A stretch of 63,124 bases of DNA, the filler included, from Candidatus Woesearchaeota archaeon (GTDB lineage Archaea; Nanobdellota; Nanobdellia; Woesearchaeales; GCA-2685855): assembly GCA_002685855.1 (NCBI GenBank). It is 7 parts of 7 records of this genome, joined end to end, with 100 filler letters (N's around TTAATTAATTAA, not from the genome) between each part and the next. Parts side by side here need not be neighbours in the genome. Positions count along the whole stretch, not along the records: positions 22,482 to 40,311 come from NYYS01000003.1; 6 more parts are not named here. One strand, given 5' to 3'. A program made the translations under genes and the position numbers. The notes under the pieces are model-generated. The model had not been told where the DNA came from and made no database searches. It saw only the letters and a list, made by a program, of their open reading frames with translations. Of this stretch, positions 28,920-38,836 are shown piece by piece. Numbering within the stretch: the stretch's first letter is position 1; each line of letters opens with the position of its first letter.

Positions 28920-29854
28920 TTTTGTTGGAGAACAAGGATTTTCTTTGATAGGGTTTGGTGAAGGTGGATGGTTGTTTGAAATGTTCTTTTGAAGGTGGTT
29001 TGTTTTAGGATATTGGAGAGGCGTATTGTGTTTGGGAGTCCTATAATAATTTTTTTTGTGAGGGGTTCTGCTGTGTGCAGGAATTCTTTGAGTAGTTTTT
29101 TTATGTTTTGGGTTTTTGTGTTTCTCCCGTAGGGGATGTCTGTGACGATGGCTTCTACTTTTTTGTTGAGTTTTGTTGCATCTTTGTGTTGGAGGGTTGC
29201 TTTGCAGTTGTAGTAGTTTAGGTTTTTTCTTGCTTTGTTGAGCATCCATTTTGAGATGTCAGATCCGATCATTTTCTTTTTTAATATGCAACCTTCAATG
29301 AGGATTCCTCCTGTTCCGCAGAAGGGATCAAGGATTGTTTTTGATTGGGAAAGGTTGATCATTGCGCGTGCGAGTTTTGGATGGAGGCTGCTTGGATGGG
29401 GAGAGGGGCGTTTGTGTGGTTTTCTGTTTTCAAAGTTTTCTTTGTTTTCGTATTCGAGTTTTGTTATCCAGCTTGTTTTTGGGGAGATGAGGATTGTTAG
29501 TTGTGTTTGGGGGTTGGTGAGGTTTACTTTTGGGTTTTTTAGGTTGTGCCAGATGGGTTCTGCGAGTTGTTTTGTTGAGGGGGATTTTTTTGTGAAGGAG
29601 ATTTTTCTTATTGCATAGGTTTTTTTTATGTGTTGCTGGAGGGAGTGTGTTTTAAGGTAGTGGACGAGTTTGTTGGTGGGGATTTCTTTTATGAGGTGAA
29701 AGATTTTTTTTGTGTAGGCGGCATCTTTGATCTGTTTGTTTGTAGGGAAGAATGCAAGGTGTTTGTAGGTTTTTCTGGGTTGTTGGTTTGTGAGGGCTTT
29801 GGCTTCCTCTAGTGAGAGTTTGGGATGTGTTTGTTCGAGGAGGAATATCTTCAT
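28916..29854 (-). CDS. THUMP-domain tRNA (guanine-10-N2)-methyltransferase (Trm11/TrmG10-like)
   Basis: SLHPKLARAMINL, LDPFCGTGGILIE and TDIPYG. Confidence 0.85.
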   Translation of the reverse strand: MKIFLLEQTHPKLSLEEAKALTNQQPRKTYKHLAFFPTNKQIKDAAYTKKIFHLIKEIPTNKLVHYLKTHSLQQHIKKTYAIRKISFTKKSPSTKQLAEPIWHNLKNPKVNLTNPQTQLTILISPKTSWITKLEYENKENFENRKPHKRPSPHPSSLHPKLARAMINLSQSKTILDPFCGTGGILIEGCILKKKMIGSDISKWMLNKARKNLNYYNCKATLQHKDATKLNKKVEAIVTDIPYGRNTKTQNIKKLLKEFLHTAEPLTKKIIIGLPNTIRLSNILKQTTFKRTFQTTIHLHQTLSKKILVLQQN

Positions 29855-29925
29855 GACAGTGTTGGTGGATTGTTCTTTTTAAAGTCTATGTAAAGGCATA
29901 AATAGGGGTTGGAGTTGCGCTAGGT

Positions 29926-30729
29926 ATGTGTGGGATCTGTGGAGTTGTGAGTGTTGATCATCAGGCACCTTTTGAGGTTCTTCTGGCGTTGAACGAGATG
30001 CGGAACAGGGGGGAGGCATCGTGGGGAGGTTTTTTTGAGCGGCCGAACCGGGATGGAAAGGATCATCGGTTTCTTCGGAAGGTTGGCTATGTTCGGGATC
30101 GGTGTTTTAACAGGCCGGTGTGGGAGGAGTTTATTGAGCATCGTCTTTCTGATAGTCCTCTTGAGCTGATTGCAGAGGGTTTGCTGGATATTTGCAGGGG
30201 GAGGTATGGTGTTCGAAGGATGAAGGGGAGTGTGGGAAGGGCGTTTGGGAACTATCGGGGGAATGTGATTTCTCGAATGCCTGGAAAGGTTGCGAGTGGG
30301 CATGTTCGGTATAGGACGCGTTCGACAAATGAACGAAGGAACTGGATGCCGATTCAGGATACTCAGTTTGGGACGGGAATTTCTATTTCGTTGAACGGGG
30401 ATAATCCTAATTATGGAACTGATAGGGAGCGGTTGGAACGAAAGGGGTTTCGGTTTCGGACTGAGAACGATGCAGAGCTTATTCTTTCTTTTTTTTCAAA
30501 AAGGTATTCTATGCTTTCTGATCTTCAGCCGTTTCAGCGCGTGAAGCAGGCGGTGCGGGAGACGGACGAGGAGATCCAGGCCGCGTTTAGCTATGTGTTG
30601 CAGATTCCTGGAGAGGGGTTGGTGTTTCATCGGGATCCGAAGGGGATAAGGCCGTTGTGGGTTGGGTCGAAGCGGAATGAGCAGGGTATTGGGGTTGTGA
30701 GGGCATTGGAGGGCGTTATAGGGGTCTGA
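29926..30729 (+). pseudogene. PurF-like class II glutamine amidotransferase domain only; PRTase domain absent
   Basis: MCGICG, NRGEASWG, GHVRY, NDAE and RDPKGIRPL; stops where VVASE would follow. Confidence 0.6.
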
Positions 30730-30770
30730 AATCCACAACATTTATAAACCATATTGTAAATAAATAGGTA

Positions 30771-31085
30771 ATGAAACGTGGAAGACCGACCTATTCCGAG
30801 ATTCGGCAGAACCTTGTAGAGATTCTTTCTTTTAAGAAGAAGGCCTATGGGTATGAGCTGTATAAGCTGTATACGGCTATTTATGGAAAGGTGAGTCTTC
30901 GGCTGATCTACTATCATCTGAAGAAGGGTCTTGCGCTGGGCGAGTTTGCACAGGCGGGCATCCAGAAGGAAGAGGGGGATTTCAGCTGGGGAAGCACTGT
31001 GGAGAAGGTAATGTACGGATTAGGAAAGGAAGCAAAACCCCAAAGTGATGCTAAGGCAAAGGACTATTTTTCTAAGAAAAGGTAA
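30771..31085 (+). CDS. Small winged-helix protein
   Basis: YGYELYKLY...VSLRLIYYHLKKG; own TTTATAAA box. Confidence 0.7.
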   Translation: MKRGRPTYSEIRQNLVEILSFKKKAYGYELYKLYTAIYGKVSLRLIYYHLKKGLALGEFAQAGIQKEEGDFSWGSTVEKVMYGLGKEAKPQSDAKAKDYFSKKR

Positions 31086-31094
31086 GAACGTCTG

Positions 31095-31724
31095 ATGATC
31101 TCCTTTTTGAAGAAGGCTGGAAGGATTCTTTTTAATTTTGATACTGCATTTAAGGATATTAAAAAAGAGAAGGGGATTCGGTCTGCGTTCTGGTTTTTGT
31201 TGGTGTTTTTGCTTTTTACGCAGTTGTTCATGGTTGTGTATTATGCTAAGGTGAGTCTGCCTCGGTTTGGATTGGATGTGGAGTTGGATGTTTCTGTGTT
31301 TTTGGTGTTGTATGTGGTTACTACGGTGTTGTTGGTAGGATTTGCTTTTTTTCGTCCGTGGATTACTACGTTGTTTGTGCGGTTGTTTCGTGTGGGTGCA
31401 CGGTTTCAGGATACGTATAAGGTGATGGTGTATGGGGCATCGCCAGGGTATATGGTTACGCCGTTTTTTGTGGGGTTTATGTTGGGGTTGGCGTTGTTTC
31501 CAAAGGTTGGCTGGTGGATAGTGTTGTTGATTGGTTTGGGTTTGGTTTCTTTAGCAGGGCTGGTGTTTGAGTGGGTGCTGCGGGTGAAGGGGATGGCACG
31601 GATTCATAGAATTGGATATTTTTATGCTGTGCTGTGTTTGTATGTGTTTCCTTTAGTGTTATTGATTGTTGTGGAGGTTGTGTTGATTCTATTGGTTGGG
31701 GGAGTGTATCTTTTTGCTAGGTAG
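31095..31724 (+). CDS. Yip1-family membrane protein
   Basis: DTAFKDIKKE start, 5 TMs, F.DTYKVMVYG..P. Confidence 0.65.
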   Translation: MISFLKKAGRILFNFDTAFKDIKKEKGIRSAFWFLLVFLLFTQLFMVVYYAKVSLPRFGLDVELDVSVFLVLYVVTTVLLVGFAFFRPWITTLFVRLFRVGARFQDTYKVMVYGASPGYMVTPFFVGFMLGLALFPKVGWWIVLLIGLGLVSLAGLVFEWVLRVKGMARIHRIGYFYAVLCLYVFPLVLLIVVEVVLILLVGGVYLFAR

Positions 31725-31727
31725 ATG

Positions 31728-32435
31728 TTATCTTAGTTTCTCTGTTTCCAGTCTTACCTGATGGAGAAGTTCTGATTCGTTCAGGCCGCCTGTATATTCA
31801 GGGCTTTCAACATATATGTTGAGTTCTCCTGTTTTGAGATGATGATGCCATGCTCCAAGAAGGCAATGGAATTCGAGGTCGATATGGTCTTGATCGAATG
31901 AGGCTTCTCTGCCAACATAGTCGTTTCCTGCACCGAATGTTTCTCCTCTTACGGCTATAGTTGGGTCTTTTCTTAGGTCATAGTCTGGAATTGTGATTTC
32001 TTGTAGTATTGGTTCTCCTTGAGGTCTTAGGTAGAATGTTTTTACAGTATCATCTTCCCAGGTTTTTAATCCAAATTCTCCATAGAGATCTATTACCAGA
32101 ACGTTGTGGTGGCTGTCGTCTCCGTTTTGAATGACTCTCACAAGGGTTGTTTTGTCAGGGATTCTGGGTTTTGTGAGTCTGTGAAGTCTTGGAGTAATAT
32201 GAAAAGAGTTTATGAGCTCTCCCATGCTCACTGTTCCTTGAGGGTTTGCACGGTAGGTTTTTCCATCAAGAGTTATTGTTTGCTCTCCTACACAATATTC
32301 TATTGTGTCTAATGGATCTGATAGCAGGAGGTCTGTGTCTCTCAGGCCTTCTTTTTGGATCTCTCTCCAGGAATTGTCTGTCTGGAGTCTGAAACGGTCA
32401 AGGATGTTTTTTTGGGCTTCTATTGTGAATCTCAT
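31728..32435 (-). CDS. Hypothetical protein
   Basis: 235-aa ORF with an upstream TTTATATA box. Confidence 0.6.
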   Translation of the reverse strand: MRFTIEAQKNILDRFRLQTDNSWREIQKEGLRDTDLLLSDPLDTIEYCVGEQTITLDGKTYRANPQGTVSMGELINSFHITPRLHRLTKPRIPDKTTLVRVIQNGDDSHHNVLVIDLYGEFGLKTWEDDTVKTFYLRPQGEPILQEITIPDYDLRKDPTIAVRGETFGAGNDYVGREASFDQDHIDLEFHCLLGAWHHHLKTGELNIYVESPEYTGGLNESELLHQVRLETEKLR

Positions 32436-32564
32436 ACTGATGGGAATTCGAGAATATATATAAATCTTTTTTTAAATGGAATAAGGGAATAGATAATTCT
32501 TAAGGAAGATACTTTGGAGCTTGTTTTTTTTAGGAAACTATTTAAATGATGTTTTATAGAGGAG

Positions 32565-33446
32565 ATGATGGATGTTGCTTATATAGATGAGCTGAAGAAG
32601 GCCTGGAAAGGTGTGGGGGAGAACAAGCAGGTGTTTGTGCCGTATGTTTATTTGCTTCTGGTGCTGGTTATTGGCGGAGTTCTTGTTGGGCTTGAGGCGT
32701 TGCTTATCTATTTTGGAGATCTGAGCTGGATGTGGCGGATCGTTCTGATTATCTTTTTTGTACTTGTAGATCTTGTTGTTGTGCTGGGAGGATTCTTTTA
32801 TGTGAATGCGATGCAGTTTAAGCTGTACAGGGAGATCGTACGTGATGGAAGGACACAGAAGGGTTCGATTTTTTCAAAGGGCAAAGAGTTTTTCTGGCGG
32901 CTTGTACGGTTGAAAGTTCTTACGTTGCTGTTGTTTATTGTGTTTGCTATTGTTCTGTTTTTGATTGCCGCGTTGTTTTTTGCTATTCACATGGTTGTGG
33001 GGATCGTGATGGCTGTTCTTTTGGGAATTGTTGGATTGGTGGGATTTTTGTTTCTGGTGTTTGGTCTGCTGTTCTCAGATCCTATTATTACGACTGAAGT
33101 GTCTGCAGTAGAAGCGATTCGGAAGAGCATGCGGTTTTTTTGGAATAATCCTCTTGTTACTCTTTTAACTATACTTGTGGGGTTTGTTGTCTCTCTTGTG
33201 TTGTATACTCTGTATACAATCTTGTTGCTTATGTCTATGGTGTTCCTGCTTATTCCCTTTTTGGGTGTTGTTTTACAGGGTCTTGTTCACGGGGTTTATA
33301 TTGTTTCTTCTATCATAGCGGGCGTGGTAGTGGTTGTGTTTGTGTTTCGTGTGTATTTTCTTGTGTCGGGAGATTTGAAGAGTGTTCGTTCTACAAGGAA
33401 AGGTTCTCCTGGAAAAAAGATTATAAAAAAAATTAAGAAAAAATAG
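32565..33446 (+). CDS. Polytopic membrane protein
   Basis: About 6 TMs; AVEAIRKSMRFF motif; RBS GAGGAG. Confidence 0.7.
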   Translation: MMDVAYIDELKKAWKGVGENKQVFVPYVYLLLVLVIGGVLVGLEALLIYFGDLSWMWRIVLIIFFVLVDLVVVLGGFFYVNAMQFKLYREIVRDGRTQKGSIFSKGKEFFWRLVRLKVLTLLLFIVFAIVLFLIAALFFAIHMVVGIVMAVLLGIVGLVGFLFLVFGLLFSDPIITTEVSAVEAIRKSMRFFWNNPLVTLLTILVGFVVSLVLYTLYTILLLMSMVFLLIPFLGVVLQGLVHGVYIVSSIIAGVVVVVFVFRVYFLVSGDLKSVRSTRKGSPGKKIIKKIKKK

Positions 33447-33452
33447 GTTTGA

Positions 33453-34139
33453 TTATTTTATCTTTTTGAAAAATCCTAGGACGGCCATTGCTTCTCTTTT
33501 TGTGAGGAAGGCTTTTCCGAATATTTTCTTCCAGACTTTTTTCTGGGTTTCTTCTTTTGTTTTTGTTGAGAATTTCATCTGTTGTATTGAGTTTGTGAGT
33601 TGGTTCATGATGAGTTGTTTCTCTTTCTGTGTTGCAGGCGTCATTTCTTTTGTGACACGGTTGCGGGGTGTTGTGGTGAGTTCGTAGAGGATGATGGCGA
33701 CGGAGTGGGAGAGGTTTAGGGTTGGATAGGTGGTGTGGGTTGGGATTGTGAGGGTGATGTCTGCTTTTTTTAGGAGTGTTTGTGGGAGTCCGTCTGATTC
33801 ATTTCCGAAAAGGATGGCTATTTTTGATTTTGTTTTTTTGAGTTCTTCTTTGAGTTGTTGAGGGGTAAGGGATCCTCGTATGATGTTGGTATCTCTTCCG
33901 ATGATTGCAGTTGTGGCAACCAGGGTTGGATAGATTGAAAGGATTTTTTGTGTTGTGACTTTTGCTTTTTGGAGGATTTTTCCTGCGTGTTTTGCTCTTT
34001 GTCGTGCTTCAAATGCTAGGTGATCACATTGAGGGTTGATTAGAACAAGATCTTTTATTCCGAAGTTTGCCATGACTCTTGCAACTGCTCCGATATTTCC
34101 TGGCTGTTTTGGCTGGTAGAGAACAATGGTGGGTTTCAT
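33453..34139 (-). CDS. trmJ: SPOUT RNA methyltransferase, TrmJ-like
   Basis: PGNIGAVARVMANFG, LFGNESDGL and TLNLSHSV. Confidence 0.85.
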   Translation of the reverse strand: MKPTIVLYQPKQPGNIGAVARVMANFGIKDLVLINPQCDHLAFEARQRAKHAGKILQKAKVTTQKILSIYPTLVATTAIIGRDTNIIRGSLTPQQLKEELKKTKSKIAILFGNESDGLPQTLLKKADITLTIPTHTTYPTLNLSHSVAIILYELTTTPRNRVTKEMTPATQKEKQLIMNQLTNSIQQMKFSTKTKEETQKKVWKKIFGKAFLTKREAMAVLGFFKKIK

Positions 34140-35314
34140 AAGAGGAATCCAAAGAGAGCGAGGAATATCTCTTTGAAGATTGGGAAGAGAAGGATGATAA
34201 GGATGAGGATAAATACAGAGGTTACTTTTGCCCAGATTTTGTTTCCTTTCTTTTTTCCAAAGAAGACTCCGAGGGTTGTTTGGAGCATTCTTCCTCCGTC
34301 TACAGGGCCGAGTGGAAGGAGGTTTGCGAGGCCAAGGCCGAGACTGAGGATAAGGATCCAGATAGATAGACGGGTGAGGAAGAGAACGATTGCGAAGATC
34401 CAGGAGAGATCGGGATTTTTAAGGATGATGCCGGGCGTGATTCCGATGAAGGAGATGGATGCATTGTCAGGATGCTGGATTGTTGTTATGGGGTGTTCTC
34501 CTTTTTCGTTGCTAAGGGTTATGATATTTCCTGGCGGAGTGGCTTTGAGTTCTTCTGTAAAGACAGAGTAGTTTTTTATTTCTCTGTTGTTGATGTGGGT
34601 ATAGATAATGTCTGATCGGATTCCTGCCTGGTAGGCTGGTTTGTCTGGGAAGACGTTGTCGAAGAGGACTCCGTTATCGCTTACTAAGGTGTTCATGGCA
34701 GGTGATGCGATGAATGTGAGGATGAGGAAGAATATTCCAGCTGTTAATACGTTGCTGAAGGGGCCGGCTGCAAAGATTGCGTTCTGGACTTGGGGTTTTT
34801 CTCGTTTGAGTTTATTTTCGTCGGGTTCGACGAATGCGCCTCCGAGTGGACCGAAGAAGAGGATTCCTGAACTTTTTACAGGGATCTTATGTGTTTTGCT
34901 TACAACTCCGTGGCTGAATTCGTGGATGACGACGACGATGAAGAGGGCAAGCCAGCCGACAACGAGCGGAACCTGGATAGGGCTTCCTGGAATGGGAACA
35001 CCGGGGATGACAGGGACAACAGTTGGAGGGGCGTCAGGAATGAAGAGGACACTATACACGCCTTGTAAGACGAGGAAGATGATGAAGAGCATTCCGATGA
35101 AGCCGATGTAGATGCCGACGATGCTTAGTGGCTTGATGTATTTTCCTGCTTTTTTAGCAATCTTCTCCATGAGTTTGATTCCCCATGAAGTTCTGTAGAG
35201 AAAGATGATCTTTGCATGGGTCTCAAACTTTTTTCTGTTGAGATAGATAAAGAGAAAGAGCAAACCATAGAAGAGAATAGTGTATTTGTAGGCAATAAGT
35301 GATTCAAAGGCCAT
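34136..35314 (-). CDS. Site-2 protease (M50) with PDZ-like insert
   Basis: HEFSH, GAFVEP, AGPFSN and NLLPLGPVDGG. Confidence 0.92.
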   Translation of the reverse strand: MAFESLIAYKYTILFYGLLFLFIYLNRKKFETHAKIIFLYRTSWGIKLMEKIAKKAGKYIKPLSIVGIYIGFIGMLFIIFLVLQGVYSVLFIPDAPPTVVPVIPGVPIPGSPIQVPLVVGWLALFIVVVIHEFSHGVVSKTHKIPVKSSGILFFGPLGGAFVEPDENKLKREKPQVQNAIFAAGPFSNVLTAGIFFLILTFIASPAMNTLVSDNGVLFDNVFPDKPAYQAGIRSDIIYTHINNREIKNYSVFTEELKATPPGNIITLSNEKGEHPITTIQHPDNASISFIGITPGIILKNPDLSWIFAIVLFLTRLSIWILILSLGLGLANLLPLGPVDGGRMLQTTLGVFFGKKKGNKIWAKVTSVFILILIILLFPIFKEIFLALFGFLL

Positions 35315-35317
35315 TGT

Positions 35318-35479
35318 TTATTTCTTCCGAGCAGGTCTAAGTCTTTTTGAACTGCACTTCCGACAGCTGACTTTTCCTCTGAGAACTCTTCTGTTCTCTG
35401 TGCGGATCTTGCTTTTGCATGTTCTGCACACAAAGATGTTTTTGAGGATTCGTGCTTCGGCTTCGGGGAATTTTCCCAT
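35318..35479 (-). CDS. rpl40e: 50S ribosomal protein L40e
   Basis: MGKFPEAEARILKNIFVCRTCKSKIR...CRKCSSKRLRPARKK (53 aa; missed by the ORF track). Confidence 0.9.
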   Translation of the reverse strand: MGKFPEAEARILKNIFVCRTCKSKIRTENRRVLRGKVSCRKCSSKRLRPARKK

Positions 35480-35481
35480 TG

Positions 35482-35886
35482 TTAGTCTCCATCTGTTTTA
35501 ATCTGTTTCATGACTTTGTCATCAAGGATGATCCAGTACACGATTGTTGAACCTTCTGAAAGTTGCCCTTGAAGATCAGCAGGAATTTTGAGGTCAAAGG
35601 TATCATAGTTTTCTGAATCCATGACGTTTGCTACATCCTGATGGATGCTTAATACTTGTGCGTTGCGTTTTCCGATGACCGGAACTTCGATCATATCATG
35701 GCCCGGCATGACGATGTTTCTTTTTTTGTTGTCCAATAGGCCAACTGCGGTGAGGTTGACCTTTGCATGGCCGTGTTTTCCTGGACGGCTCACCTTCATA
35801 TCGGTTACGCTGCATGCTGCGCCGTCGATGACACAATATCTTCCTTTTTGTAAGCTGCCCACGCTTGTTAGTTTAACTTCTCCCAT
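35482..35886 (-). CDS. eif5a: Translation factor aIF5A
   Basis: SRPGKHGHAKV hypusine loop. Confidence 0.96.
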   Translation of the reverse strand: MGEVKLTSVGSLQKGRYCVIDGAACSVTDMKVSRPGKHGHAKVNLTAVGLLDNKKRNIVMPGHDMIEVPVIGKRNAQVLSIHQDVANVMDSENYDTFDLKIPADLQGQLSEGSTIVYWIILDDKVMKQIKTDGD

Positions 35887-36001
35887 AGAATCACCTTTCA
35901 GCTTTCAGGGTGTAGAGATTAAGAGTGATTTATAAAGGTTTGGCTTTTTTAGGAGGAGATAGATAAGGGTTTTTTAAGAGGACTGGTGTCTTTTGCTGCT
36001 G

Positions 36002-36406
36002 TTAATAGATAAGAAAAGGGATGTGTTTTTTGAACGATTTTTCGTTGGGATGGCCATGGGGGTCGTCTACGCGGATTGTGAGGTAGTATTCTCCGGGTTT
36101 TGTGTTGGCTGGGAGGGGGAGTTGGATGTGGCTCCATCGTCCTTCGTCGTCGTTGAGTTTAAAGTTGAGGGTATGAAAGATGTTTATGTCCCAGGAGTAG
36201 ATGGTGATTGAAATTTTCCGGTTGGGGTCGTTGTTTTTTAGTTTTACCCAGATGTCGAGGGGGTATCCTTGGGTTGTGGGAGGGATGTCTGCGGTTATTC
36301 TGAAGTTGTTGTGTTTGTCGATCTCTGTTTCAGGACGGTTGTGGGAGGCGAGTGTTGTTGTTGAGATCATAATAGTTAGGATGAGGAAGAGGAGGATTTT
36401 TTTCAT
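36002..36406 (-). CDS. Secreted Ig-like hypothetical protein
   Basis: Signal peptide; LPANTKPGEYYLTIRV. Confidence 0.6.
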   Translation of the reverse strand: MKKILLFLILTIMISTTTLASHNRPETEIDKHNNFRITADIPPTTQGYPLDIWVKLKNNDPNRKISITIYSWDINIFHTLNFKLNDDEGRWSHIQLPLPANTKPGEYYLTIRVDDPHGHPNEKSFKKHIPFLIY

Positions 36407-36553
36407 TCTGAATTTTTGTTTTTGGGGTATTTAAAGATTTCCTGTGAGTGTTTGGTGACAGAATATGATTTATTTACTATATTGATATTAATTAGGGGGG
36501 GTGTTTTTGTCTGAAATGGAAATGTATATAATGAAGGTATCTGATAAAGGGGT

Positions 36554-37453
36554 ATGGATGAACGTTACCAACGGTTTACACAAAAGGGGGTTACTTCTGA
36601 AGAGAATGCTGTTTGGCGGGTTGGAGGTAGCAAGAGTGTGAAGACGTTTGTGGGGGTTGGTGCTCTTCTGGGTGTTGAACATTGTTTGAGGCTGGGTTTT
36701 CCAGATCATCTTCTTCTGTTTGATCCTCTTTGGAAGAGAGAAGTGTATTCTCCAGCTAAAGAGATGGACGGTGTTGTCTATTGTATAGATCAGAATCAGC
36801 CGATGAATTGTATTCGTAAAGGAGCTGACCTTGATGTGTATGAATTCTTTTTTGAGGGTGTGAAAAAGAGTGTTTATTTTTTTAAAGAGTTATACCGAGC
36901 GGATCTTATTAAACGGTTTTCTGTGGATGTTTTTCATGTAGGGCATCGATCAGTTACTGTAGAGCGTGCAGATTTTTTAGATACGATGATGGTTCTTCCT
37001 GAAGGTGCGATTATTCTTAACTATTTTCGGACGGATCGTCTTGATCATCATATCTTTTCACATTTCTTTTTTCGTGTTGAAGGAAGCTATGTTGATAATG
37101 AGGGTGTTTCTTATTGTGTTAGTATCTGTATGAAGAATGTTGACCGTAAAAGGGCTGATGAAATTTTTACTGTAGCTGGCTTGTGTGGTCAGTTGTTGCG
37201 TTTGATTCCTCAAGTTTCTCGGCCGTTTGATGAACAGAAGGTTCATGAGGAGTCAGGTATTCCTTTGGAGGAGCTGCGATCGATGAAGAGGGAGTCTAGA
37301 GATTCTGCTGCTCGAGTAAGGAAGGAGCTTCAGATTGAGGGGAAAAAGCTGGATGACGAGGAAAGAGGGCATGTTCGGAGATTAATTATGACTTATAAAA
37401 CAGATCAGAAAGATGCTCTTACGGAGATTTCTAATATTTTGCGATGGAAATAG
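36554..37453 (+). CDS. Hypothetical protein
   Basis: 299-aa ORF with a TATATAA box about 30 nt upstream. Confidence 0.6.
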   Translation: MDERYQRFTQKGVTSEENAVWRVGGSKSVKTFVGVGALLGVEHCLRLGFPDHLLLFDPLWKREVYSPAKEMDGVVYCIDQNQPMNCIRKGADLDVYEFFFEGVKKSVYFFKELYRADLIKRFSVDVFHVGHRSVTVERADFLDTMMVLPEGAIILNYFRTDRLDHHIFSHFFFRVEGSYVDNEGVSYCVSICMKNVDRKRADEIFTVAGLCGQLLRLIPQVSRPFDEQKVHEESGIPLEELRSMKRESRDSAARVRKELQIEGKKLDDEERGHVRRLIMTYKTDQKDALTEISNILRWK

Positions 37454-37554
37454 TGTTTAGGTAAGGAAGTGGGGTTGGAACCCTTCATTATTTACCATAT
37501 GGAAACTAATTAACTGAAGGAAAGGTTTAAATATACACATACATACACGTACAC

Positions 37555-37779
37555 ATGGCAACAAAGACCATATCTATTACTGAGGAAGCGTATAGCATCT
37601 TGAAAGGAAGGAAGGCTGAGGATGAGAGTTTTAGCGAAGCAATTATCCGTCTTTCAGGAAAAGAACGTCTGGCATCGTTTTTTGGTGCTCTTTCTGATGA
37701 AGGAGGGAAAAAGTTGGAAAAGGAGATTAGAATGATGCGAAAGAGACACGTCAAGGATCATATTCGGAGAATGAGATGA
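37555..37779 (+). CDS. vapB: VapB-family antitoxin
   Basis: MATKTISITEEAY..L...K...ESFSEAI.RL. Confidence 0.85.
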   Translation: MATKTISITEEAYSILKGRKAEDESFSEAIIRLSGKERLASFFGALSDEGGKKLEKEIRMMRKRHVKDHIRRMR

Positions 37780-38171
37780 TTATTGATACCTCTTTTTTAA
37801 TAGACCTTTTGAAAGGGAAGGATCAAAAAGTTTTAAAGAAGGCAGAAGAGCTTGATAGAAAACTCATCATGAAAGGTGTTTCATCGGTAAGTGTTATGGA
37901 GCTATGGCGTGGAGCCCTAAGAAGTCTTTCTCAAGATAAGGAACGAGCAAAGGTCGATGCGTTACTACGATCTGTTATTGTATTTTCTTTTACAGAAGAA
38001 TCTGGGAAAAAAGCTGCTGAGATTGAAACAGAGCTACTGAAAGAAGGCAAGATGATTGATTTGGAAGATATTATGATTGCTGCGACTGCACTTACAAAAA
38101 ATCAATCTGTCTTAACAAAAAACAGAAAACATTTTGAACGAGTGCACGAATTAGAACTAGAAGCTTGTTGA
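37776..38171 (+). CDS. vapC: VapC PIN-domain toxin
   Basis: IIDTSFLID, E, DIMIAATA and LTKNRKHF; ATGA overlap with vapB. Confidence 0.9.
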   Translation: MIIDTSFLIDLLKGKDQKVLKKAEELDRKLIMKGVSSVSVMELWRGALRSLSQDKERAKVDALLRSVIVFSFTEESGKKAAEIETELLKEGKMIDLEDIMIAATALTKNQSVLTKNRKHFERVHELELEAC

Positions 38172-38174
38172 TGT

Positions 38175-38828
38175 TTACCAAAATTTCAAAAACTTTTTTA
38201 TCTTGTGTTTAGCTAGGAAGGTTGAGAGTTGTTGTTCGATGTCTTGAGTTTTGTATTTTTTTTCTTCTTGGCGAAAGGCTGTTGTGTGTGAATGGGTACG
38301 TCCGCCTTTTGTGATGTATTGGTGTTTTTTATGAAGGAGTTCGTGGTACATGACGTAGTTGAGGAGTTGGGGTTGGTTTTTGAAGATTGAAGATATTGTT
38401 ATTGTGTTTGTTGCGTATTCATAGCTTCCGAGTTTTCCGGTTGATGGTTGGCCCCAGACGAGGTTAGGTTTGTCTAGCATTCCGTGGAAGTATTGTTCGT
38501 TGATGCTGTTGAAGCTTTCTTCGAGTTCTGGATCTGATTGGATTGATGGAGTGTATTTGGAGAGGTTTTTGTGGAATTTTTCGTAGAGGTCCATGTTTGT
38601 GGTTGTTTGTTGGACTGGTTTGATGCGGGAGAGGAGGGATTGGATGAGTCCTTTCTGGATTTCTTCGCTGATCGTTTTCCATTGAGTGGAGAGGCGGAAT
38701 TTCATGAAGGTTTTTGTGTATTGGACGTTTGCGTTGAATGCTGAGAAGTGGCCTGAATAGGATAGGGATAACTCTTTTGTGGGTTCTTTGTTGTAGAGTT
38801 CTTTGTATGCTTGGTGGGCGAGGGACAT
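38175..38828 (-). CDS. SprT/YgjP-like zinc metalloprotease
   Basis: FNSINEQYF and YVMYHELLH...HT..F. Confidence 0.75.
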   Translation of the reverse strand: MSLAHQAYKELYNKEPTKELSLSYSGHFSAFNANVQYTKTFMKFRLSTQWKTISEEIQKGLIQSLLSRIKPVQQTTTNMDLYEKFHKNLSKYTPSIQSDPELEESFNSINEQYFHGMLDKPNLVWGQPSTGKLGSYEYATNTITISSIFKNQPQLLNYVMYHELLHKKHQYITKGGRTHSHTTAFRQEEKKYKTQDIEQQLSTFLAKHKIKKFLKFW

Positions 38829-38836
38829 GAGTGTTA

